Shown here: positions 53,401-64,000 of the stretch, piece after piece
How the letters are laid out: every line of letters begins with the position of its first letter
How positions within the stretch are numbered: position 1 is the stretch's first letter
DNA from: Octopus sinensis
Taxonomy: Eukaryota
NCBI RefSeq assembly: GCF_006345805.1
Contig: NC_043002.1
Span: 65,100,001 to 65,164,000, forward strand
Direction of reading: 5' to 3'
Length of the DNA: 64,000 nucleotides
Translations under genes and position numbers: made by a program
Notes under the pieces: model-generated
Told to the model about the DNA's origin: nothing
What the model saw: only the letters and a program-made list of their open reading frames with translations
Database searches by the model: none

Positions 53401-53465
53401 TCTGTGCTCTCGCCTGTTGCTACTAATAGCCCATGAGCTGATGAAGAATCTCTTGGTTTTAAGTT

Positions 53466-53498
<33 letters not shown>

Positions 53499-53503
53499 AC
53501 CAA

Positions 53504-53570
<67 letters not shown>

Positions 53571-53689
53571 GAGAGAGAGAGTGTGTGTGTGTGTGAATGA
53601 GAAAGAAAGAGAGAGAGTGTGTGTGTGAGTGAGAAAGAAAGATAGAGAGAGTGTGTGTGTGAGTGAGAAAGAGAGAGAGAGAGATACTC

Positions 53690-53892
53690 TTTACTTGTTT
53701 CATTCATGTGACTGTGGCCATGCTGGAGCACCGCCTTTAGTGGAGCAAATCGACCCCAGGACTGATTCTTTGTAAGTCTAGTACTTATTCCATTAGTCCC
53801 TTTTGCCGAACCGCTAAGTTATGGGGATGTAAACACACCAGGATCAGTTGTCAAGCGATGTTGTGGGGACAAACATACACACACACACACAA

Positions 53893-53931
<39 letters not shown>

Positions 53932-54008
53932 TACATATATATACGATGGGCTTCTTTCGGTTTCCGTCTACCAAATCCACTCACAAGTCTTTGGTCGGCC
54001 CGAGGCTA
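53690..54008 (-). mobile_element. SINE family A (tRNA head missing)
   Basis: CTCTTTTACTTGTTTCA..GGCCATGCTGGAGCACCGCC...internal microsatellite...CCAAATCCACTCACAAG..GAGGCTATA. Confidence 0.85.
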
Positions 54009-54038
54009 TAATAGATAGATAAATAGATAGATAGATAA

Positions 54039-54115
<77 letters not shown>

Positions 54116-54379
54116 GTTGGTGGTTGGATAGATATGTATGCTTATACATATGTGTGTGTCTATATATTTGCATGGGTTTAATTTATTAAGACGTTCAAAA
54201 AGAAGCGCACGAGACCTTCTACCGAGGAAGACGTGAAGAGTCAGGGATCTGACGAATTATATTCATATAAATCTAAACAGATTTAGAGCAGAATACACCC
54301 AGAAAAAGAGGAAGGAAATAATGAAATGCCTCACTTCTACATAACCTTTTTTATATTTGCCCAGTCAGTGCTGGGTGAA

Positions 54380-54760
54380 ACCAATACCACAAGGGAAGCT
54401 ATGGAACAGGTCCTGATTGAAACTAAATGAAAAGCATGAAAAACCGTGGACTTAAGTATTTTCCTTAACACTGTTCAGTTACCTGGCAATCTGGCAAAAC
54501 CTATATAAATTGTTAAGAAAACTGTGGCATATTATACATGGTACACGAGAAGGATGATACTTTAGACGTTGTGAAAAACTATTCTGGAAAATCTGATGGA
54601 AGAAAACCATTTGCTCATGCTAGAAGGATGCAGATAACAGTTTTGGAGAGGACAAAACGTTAGTTTCAATATTAAATAAGAAATGACAAAATGTGACTGG
54701 AGAAAAACGGACCAATGAAATCTATCCTGAAATGGGTCATCGTAGGCTTTTCCGGAATAT
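54380..54760 (+). mobile_element. Possible very old non-LTR RT remnant
   Basis: ENLMEENHLLMLEGCR resembles the R4-type L..N.LL..EQKGCR motif; many stops. Confidence 0.25.
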
Positions 54761-55064
54761 AATTCTCGAAAAATTCATTTAAGAGTTTCCCTTCGATGGT
54801 GTGATTCTGTTGCATATTAGTGGCACTTTTACGTTCTAAAAGTGTTGTATAGCGTTTAGCAATCTGCAACATTTTCTACCAAACGATCTGTTTAAACCAA
54901 TCTGTTTTATATGAAGATCTGTTTTATATATACACATACATAAATTTGGAAAACAAGTTTAAATATCTAACTTTCCACTAGCATGTGACCAGAATTTAGT
55001 CAGTGCAGACATTGCAATGATGGGCACTAAACGTAATAGTAATATACATATAACTCAAAGCGGC

Positions 55065-55265
55065 GATCTGCGGAGTGGTCACGTGCCGGGCTTATTCGCT
55101 TAACGCCATTTTGTACGTCTTAAAGTTGTGAGTTCAATTGCCGTCCCGATCCACTATCTTTTTTATCTTTCGGGGTGGATAAAATAAGCAACAATTGAGC
55201 ACTGAGATCGATGTCGTTGCCTTGCACCCACCTTCTAAATTTCCGACCTTGTGCCAAAATTTCAA
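55065..55265 (+). mobile_element. Diverged SINE family B
   Basis: GGCGATCTG..GAGTTCAATT..CTTTCGGGGTGGATAAAATAAG..CTTGTGCCAAAATTTCAAAC. Confidence 0.7.
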
Positions 55266-55469
55266 ACAAACATACATATAACTGATTGAGTTTGCTCTAG
55301 TAAGACATAAAGTCATTAAAATTCCATTTGGAGGCAACGGAATAAAATATAAAGAGAATCTTTAAGATTTAACTAGATTTGATCCTTCGTCCTATGAATT
55401 AATTGATGAATAATGTAGCTAAGCAATGACAAATTACGTGGATAAATAAACCTTAACTGGATTCGAACC

Positions 55470-55476
55470 ATATGTT

Positions 55477-55540
<64 letters not shown>

Positions 55541-55674
55541 TGTGTGCGTGTGTGATATTAAACAATAAAGAGAACGATGTCTACACAAAACATGGACAAA
55601 GAACGCAATCCAATTTCCAAAGCTTGAAAACAGTAGAAACAATAAGACTTGTCACATAAATGATAATGCTGATG

Positions 55675-55766
<92 letters not shown>

Positions 55767-55896
55767 CACACAAGTATAATCGTGAAAAGTGAGTGTACGT
55801 ATTTGCTTTTATTTCCATTTATGCATATAAAATATATTAATCCATATATATGTGTGCGTGTGTGCGTGTATACAAATATATATATGTATATGTATG

Positions 55897-55980
<84 letters not shown>

Positions 55981-56485
55981 ACATATATAAACGTATCCAT
56001 AAAAGCATATATAAGTTATTATGCACATACACTTATACATGGTAGTTTATGCCTTTGAGAATGCATATATGCTTATACGTACACACACACACGCATATAT
56101 ATGTACATGTATATGCATATATACATATATAAATATATATACACATATACGCAACTATATATAAATATATATATATACATATCTTTATATGTATTTGTAA
56201 ATGTATACATTTTAGTGTATATGTTTGCGTATGTGCGTGTGCGTGTATGCGTGTACATGTGTATATAGTTACATCTATATTTATCTACATCTCATTGGGT
56301 ATAAACGAAAAAAAACAATGGGCACGAAATGAACAGGTAATGTAATAAGCCTAACAACAATAACAACAACAATTACCTAATAAAGATAATATCATGATGA
56401 TGATGGCGATGATGATGATGATGGCTACGACGACGGCGGTGATGGTGATGACGATGATGGCGGCGGTGGTGGTGGTGGTGGTGAA

Positions 56486-56528
<43 letters not shown>

Positions 56529-57024
56529 GTGGTGGTAGTGGTGATGGTGCTGATGATGATGGTGGTGGCGGTTGTGGTGGTGGTGGTGATGACGACGACA
56601 ACAGAAACAAAACTGGAAACAAAAATAGAAATCTACTTAGACTGAACATACTTTATTAAATTCTACAAGTAATAACAGACTCCGTGGGATAAACCGGCCA
56701 TGCTATATCTCATTGCTATAATAAAATTGGTTTTGAGAAAGAACAGAAAAAAAAATCATAATAAATGACGAGAAATAAATCTATTTTGTTCAGGCCAGCT
56801 TCGTATTCATTGCAAAGACTTAAGCGTTACTCGGATTTTGCTTTGACGGCAGAAAGAACACAATTTAACAGGAAATAAACATAGATATGAAGTGAGTAGT
56901 GCAGCTAGTGGCCTGGAAATTTCCATCACATTCTTCAGCTACCAACTAGCAGAATCACAAACCCATATAAAAATAAACAACCTATTCATATACTAGCATA
57001 CACACGAATACACATGCAAATTTC

Positions 57025-57087
<63 letters not shown>

Positions 57088-57675
57088 GCACAGACAAGTC
57101 TGTATATGTATATTTGTATGTATATGTATATATGTATGGGTAAAAAAATACAAAACGCGCATAGACAAAGATACATACATACGTACATACATACATATAT
57201 ATATATATAAATAAAAACATATATATATATATATATACATATATACATATATGTATATACATACATACACATACATATATATATATATATATATTTATAT
57301 ATAATATACACACCTATATACAAATATACGTATACATATATATGTATGTATATATATATATATATGTATGCATGTGTAGTTATGAGAATGTCTACCTACC
57401 TATTTCTAAATACATGCACACACAGCCGCACGCATCCATATATGAATATGCACACGAAATATATGTATGCATATATGTATGTGTGTGTACAATTATATTA
57501 TATGTTACATATGACAAATATACTCGCAAATGCACACATACATACACACACTCTCACGCACAGATACACACACTCTCTCTCTCTATATATATACACACAT
57601 ATATATATGCATGTTTGTATTTGTGTGTATATATATATATGAATGTATGCATTTGAGTGTGTATGTACCTATACA

Positions 57676-57720
<45 letters not shown>

Positions 57721-58256
57721 TTGTGTGTGTGGATGTATGTATATATTTATGTACGTATGTATGTATCTATGTATGTATGTATGTAGGTATGTACGTATGA
57801 ATTACTACATATTTCCCCGCTGCAATACACATTCTTCTATTCAAATATACACCGCCCCAGCACGCGTTCGAACATACAGAAAAGAGACAAACGCACCTCT
57901 TTATTTCTCCATCGACCGACCATGAAATTCATGGTTGGACAAGTTTTATAGTAATTAAGAACAGAATAAATGAGTTGCGTTGGCTACCAAAGAGAGTTCA
58001 CTTCTAACATCAAAAATAGTTTAAGACTGCTGATATTCGATGGCGAATTTCGCAGTTGATGAAGGTCAGGTGACATTTTGACTACGCTTCAAAATGCACC
58101 GAATACGCATGAGCAGTTTTAGTGCATATTCGTCATGTCACTTCTGTACGGAACTTTTGTTATTTGTGAAGTTTTAAGATTACATTTTGGCTGCTATTGC
58201 TATCGCTGTTTTCGTTCATCACGTCTGAATGATCATACGGAAAGATGAACAATAAT

Positions 58257-58302
<46 letters not shown>

Positions 58303-58306
58303 TAAC

Positions 58307-58361
<55 letters not shown>

Positions 58362-58513
58362 TGATAATAATAATAACAACAACAATAATAATAATGAAAA
58401 CAGGAGTAATATCTTCAACTACGACACCAACAACAAAAACAATACTACTACTACAAATAATATAAATATATATGTATTCATATTAATATATCTATGAATA
58501 CACACACACATAT

Positions 58514-58579
<66 letters not shown>

Positions 58580-58649
58580 GTATATACATACACATATATA
58601 TATATTTATATATATACATATACATGTATATAATATTATATTTATATAT

Positions 58650-58681
<32 letters not shown>

Positions 58682-59430
58682 ATATACATATGCATATCTA
58701 TATACATATACATATATGTATATGTATGTATATATATATATTCATGTATACACACACATACATATATATATGCACATACGTATATGTCTATGTGTAAGTA
58801 ATATTTCCTTTTGATTATTTCCTTGTGCATCGGCTTTTTGAATCGATGGAACCCAATGAGCGTGCTTTCATTTCTTACCTTAAAATATAGATTCGCGTAG
58901 AAGATTCCTTCCAAATCAAAATGGATACCAGCCAAAAAGTAATCTCAGTCAACGGTTTGATAGGCGTTTTTCTAATTAAAAAGATTTTAAGGCAATATTT
59001 TCTTAGAATATTGCCATTGCTGGTTTCTATTCTTGGACGGGAATTGTAGATAATGGAATATTTCTTTATAACCAACTATATTTATCTCTCTAGCTATCTA
59101 TTTCTCTATGTATCTATCTACCTATCTATCTATCTATCATCAGTCTTTTCATACACACATACATACATACATACATACACACACATATGTATACATACAC
59201 ATACATACATATATATATAGGTATGTATATACACATACATATTTGTACATATTTGTGTGTATGAATCTATGTCCATATTATCTATATTAACAAATATATA
59301 TATACGTAAGTATATAAAGGTTTACATGTATATTATTATGCGTATACACACAGATATTATACTATATACATAAATACATATGAATATACGTATATGCGTC
59401 GGTGTATGTGTTTGTGCGTATATATATATA
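55470..59430. repeat. Dense microsatellite region: (TG)n, (GATA)n, (TA)n, (GAT/GGT)n at 56393-56600, (AAT)n at 58255-58395
   Basis: Directly visible runs. Confidence 0.9.
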
Positions 59431-59774
59431 TATATATATACCGATGTCATAGTGTTTGTGTGCATATTAGTATATGACGATGTAATGTGAGTGAGAAAGA
59501 GCGAAGAAATAACTTCTATTTGTTTTAAGTGCGCCTCATTGAACTCCAGGGAACCTTGCCTCCACCCCACTCTAATCAGTAAGAAATATTCCATTCGATG
59601 ATTTCCAATGCATTGCTTGATATTCCTCGACTTCTACAATTTTACGTCAACTAAAACATAATCTTTATTGAAACGCAATAAATTTAATCTACAGTCGGGC
59701 AAATTATATGCATTCATTTCTGCAAACATGTTTCAAATCCCGTTATATCTTGGTTGGTTTTTTTCTAATCTTGG

Positions 59775-60060
59775 CAGAAAGCCAGCAATTTTAATAGGAG
59801 GGGAAATTCTATCACATCAGCCTTAGTACGCAACCGGTATTTATTTTATCGACTCTAAAAGGATTAAAGGCAATGTCAACCTCTGCACACTTCGAACTTA
59901 GAACGTGATATCGGAAGAATGGTCGCTATGCATTTTGCTCAACGCCCTAACGATTCTCGCAGCTCACCGCCTTAGATTGTTTTATATTTGGACGCAAGGC
60001 CATCAAAGTTTAGAGGATAGGGCAAATTGATAACATTGACCTCAGTACGTAACTGATATC
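59775..60060 (-). mobile_element. Diverged SINE family B copy/fragments
   Basis: TTTTATCGAC..AAAGGATTAAAGGCAATGTCAACCTC..AACGATTCTCGCAGCTCACCGCC. Confidence 0.65.
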
Positions 60061-61505
60061 TTGAAAACTCACAATCTGATAATCCAGAGTAATTGCCACT
60101 AAGCAATTGTTTTACCCGACACTACAACGATTCTGCCAGCTCGCCGTCTCTATTCGATAGATGTTATGCTAGACTTTGGTTGAGTGTATATATGGATAAT
60201 CCTAAACAAATCACTCGGAATCTCACATACAAAAACGGATTATCAGAGCATCGAGCAACCACGCCATTATTTTTAGACGTAAGACTGTGTGTAATCTTAT
60301 TTGTAATCCAAAGATGCGTCAGGCACTTCGAACTGGGGTACAAGCTACTCACTTCATTTTGTTACAGAAAATATATCCCATTTGTTGACAAATGGTGTGT
60401 ATACACCTAATTCAGCTATCTATCCAGGCCGTGAGATGCTAGCATTTCGAAGTAGTTACCTCCTCTTCAATCACAAACACTAAGCAGACGACACTACGAC
60501 AAAATGCAGTGAGTTGCTTGTGACGCGGTTCGAACATCCATCAAACATATTGGGACTGATAATAGTATTACAATTTTACTCATCAATGCTTAGCGCTCCC
60601 CCTCTGTAAGAATGACTATTCAACTAAAATGAATTATGAAAATATATAGACATTGTTCCTCCGTCATTTTATATTGGTTTCGACTTTTGACACAAGGCCA
60701 GCAATTTCGGTTACATCGGGTCCCAGTATTCAATTGATACTTATTTTAATTGACCCCAAAATGATGAAATACCTCTCAACCTCGGCTGTATTTGAACTCA
60801 CAGAGTAAAAACGGCCAAACCGTTATTTATATTGACAGCAATATTGACGGTTTCTTATTTCGTCATAAAACCAACGTTGAAGAAGAGGGAAGAGAGTATA
60901 AATACTACACATTTTATCTGCTATCTTTAATCTTTCACATGATTCGTTTATTGGACTGCGGCCATATTGGGACACCGTCTTGAAGGGATTTTAGTGGAAT
61001 AAATAAACCGCAGTATTGGTTGTTATGTTTAGCATTTATCCTATAGAACACTTAAGCCGGACCACTATGTAAGTTATAAATGAACAAACCAACACCAAAC
61101 TCGAAACGGCGTGGCTGCAAAGAGTGAGGTTAACCACACAGCTATACCTGCGTTTGACTAGCAAATTACTTTAGCAAATCCAGAGGCAGGGGTTGAATAC
61201 TACTGATGACTTTGGCGGGATTTGACCATATAATGTAAAGAAGCGGAACAAATATCATAAATTTTCTCTGCTTTTTTTTTTTTGATGTTCTGACAACCCT
61301 GTTATGCACTTTAGAGGAAATCAACATACGTCTGTATCAAAACGGTTCATTTCGAGTAATTACACGTATAACATCGATCAGCGGAATTTCGTTTTGCATA
61401 TTAGACTCCAGGGGCTTCGATGACATCACATAAAACGGAAAATTAAACACGGGATAGTCATCCGTGCAACAGGTTACTGTCATCCATCAAGTTAATAACA
61501 GGATT

Positions 61506-61558
61506 AGAAGAAGAAGAAGAAGAAGAAGAAGAAGAAGAAGAAGAAGAAGAAGAAGAAG

Positions 61559-61593
<35 letters not shown>

Positions 61594-61745
61594 GAACAAG
61601 AAGAACAAGAACAAGAGCAAGAAGAACAAGAAGAACAAGAACAAGAGCAAGAAGAACAAGAACAAGAGCAAGAAGAACAAGAACAAGAGCAAGAAGAACA
61701 AGAAGAACAAGAACAAGAGCAAGAAGAACAAGAAGAAGAACAAGG

Positions 61746-61776
<31 letters not shown>
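61506..61776. repeat. Compound (GAA)n-(CAA)n repeat with higher-order units
   Basis: (GAA)n, then (CAA)n, then repeated GAAGAACAAGAACAAGAGCAA-type units, then (CAA)n. Confidence 0.95.
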
Positions 61777-62034
61777 ATCAATGCAGTTCATTACTTGAAT
61801 TGAAATGTGTTTAAGGGCCGCGACTGCTCCAAATTTCAATTCATCCTTCTCAGTGATTTTAGCAGAGAGAGAAAGAGGGTGAGACAGGGAGATTAAATCA
61901 TGCAAAGCTTTCCCTCGACGCCATAATGAATACGACAGTTTTCCGTCCAATTAGTAACCGGAGTAAAATGAGTAATTTCGTGTTTCTCATTTATTTCTCC
62001 CTAGCTGTTGGAAATTCTCATATTATTTTCTACT

Positions 62035-62368
62035 GTAGGCACAAGCCCCGAAATTTTAGGGATGGGGGTCAGTTGACTGGATCGACCCCAATATGCAACT
62101 GGTACTTAATTTATCGACCCCGAAAGAATGAAAAGCAAAGTCGATCTCGGCGGAATTTGAACTCAGAACGTAGCGGCAGACGAAATACCTATTTCTTTAC
62201 TGCCCACAAGGGGCTACACACAGAGGAGACAAACAAGGACAGACAGACGGATTAAGTCGATTATATCGACCACAGTGCGTAACTGGTACTTAATTTATCG
62301 ACCCCGAAAGGGCGAAATACTGCTAAGTATTTCGCCCGGCAGGCTAACGTTTCTGCCAGCTTCGCGCC
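62035..62368 (-). mobile_element. Dimeric SINE family B
   Basis: Same internal junction GACGAAATACCTATTTCTTTACT as the 52705 copy. Confidence 0.85.
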
Positions 62369-62689
62369 TTCAAAAACCTCATATTACCAATATTGAATCA
62401 TCATTTTGTACTGCTGCATCATCTTTAAAAGTAAAAATTCGTGAGTATAGTTGTTGTAGTTATTATAGTTGAGAGTGTTTGGAACGTAGGTAACTAGTAC
62501 TTCTTTTTACCCAGGAAATTTTCCTCAAATGTGCTCCTATTTTAATTGAGGTAGTTAATAATATATATAGATCAATTTTGGTGTTAAACATTCTATATTC
62601 TGTTTTGTGTTCGATATGTTTCTCCACAATAACGTCTACTTTGATATTTTTCTATTTTCAAATCATGTCGTGTAAAGTGGGTTAAAACG

Positions 62690-62922
62690 AGCCACGAGCT
62701 GGCAGAATCGTTAGCACGCCGGGCGAAATGTTTATTGGTATTTCGTCTGCTGTTACGTTCTGAGTTCAAATTCCTCCGAGGTTGACTTTGCCTTTCATCC
62801 TTTTGGGATCGATAAATTAAGTACCAGTTACGCACTGGGGTAGATATAATCGACTGAATCATTCGTTCGTCTGTCCTTGTTTTCCTCTCTATGTTTAGCC
62901 TCTTGTGGGCAATAACGAAGTA
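62690..62922 (+). mobile_element. SINE family B
   Basis: GAGCTGGCAGAATCGTTAGCACGCCGGGCGAAATG..GTTCTGAGTTCAAATTCC..GCCTTTCATCC..CTCTTGTGGGCAATAAC. Confidence 0.88.
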
Positions 62923-63511
62923 CAAAACGAGCCATGACTAACATCAATTTCTTCTCTTTAGTGCTATGGTACGCTAATATATCGGGAAGGAAGTCACTCC
63001 AGCATGTCGTGAAGAAACTATGATGATTATTTTATGCTAAATTTTCTTTTACTTTGTTTAGTTTCGTCAATTTCATATCATGTGCCATTTTTCTATGATC
63101 CTCTTTCATTTGACAGATATTTGTCAATATTTTTGTGTTTCGAATCTCTCCGATGTCTAGGGATGGATATTGATATATATGAGTTTGTTTTCAAATGTAA
63201 TTCTGTAGAATTGAAGAGGAAAATGTCCCTTGCATAGCTGACTCATTTTGGTCCATTTTGGTAGCATTTGTTTTTTATGTGGTCAAAGAGAACGGAGATA
63301 ATCTTCTGATATAGTGTTCAACTTATGTTATAAAGTTTTAAATACATTTAGAGAAGGTGATTTGCTTAGAAGGTATAGTTTTCGTAAGGTTGCGACCATT
63401 TGTAAATAGCTATATTTCTTTTCAAATTCAAAAGTGCAGTAAAAGCAATTTTTTTTTCAGTGAATCTCTGGTACAAACTGGCACACGTCTTGTTTCTGAA
63501 TAGATTCCAGC

Positions 63512-63557
<46 letters not shown>

Positions 63558-64000
63558 TGTGTTATATTTCAATATGAGACTGGTTTTGTGTTTTGTTGTT
63601 TCTAATTTCTAATATTATTAGACAAGTGCTTCGTCTATATTGAAATGAGTGTTATGTAATGTTTTCTTACAATGCGCCTTTTTGTTTTGTTCAGTTAGAT
63701 ATATTTCGCATCTGCTACATAAATTATTCTGAGTTTCGAGTACCAGGCGGTTGTTGTGTATGTGTTTAATATAGTATTACATGATAACTTTTTAAAGTCA
63801 TCTCTAAGAATCTTGTATTGAAAATCGTTTTGTATTGTATTGTCGAGTCAGCACCGAAAGTTTCGACTTTTCGTTCACGCATACGTCTAATGTAAAGTAT
63901 GCGATCGATGATAGAAAAAAAACAAGAAATGGGTGTACATGCATGTTTCAGGTGTTATTGCTCTTTCTTCAGTATAACTAAATTCAGTGTCTCTCCCAGC

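Overview
AT-rich, microsatellite-saturated eukaryotic DNA. The tRNA-headed SINE families and LINE mix strongly suggest an octopus/coleoid cephalopod genome (inference). I found no recognisable host protein-coding exon, and most ORFs in the supplied track are translations of simple repeats. The window is a mobile-element graveyard: one young 5'-truncated RTE LINE with a 13-bp TSD, older RTE and CR1 pieces, four R4/Dong-type (restriction-like endonuclease) LINE fragments abutting (AAT)n tracts, three decayed Penelope-like elements with C-terminal GIY-YIG, three Tc1/mariner remnants, MITEs and about 25 SINE copies. The most notable signal is four intact-looking minimal type I hammerhead ribozymes. 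Two lie in a 474-bp near-perfect inverted repeat of a Penelope-like insertion (14.2-16.5 kb), and two lie in a 507-bp tandem, retrozyme/pLTR-like non-coding repeat (34.8-36.0 kb). Several fold-back palindromes are also present. All family calls come from motif recognition by eye, and many boundaries are approximate.
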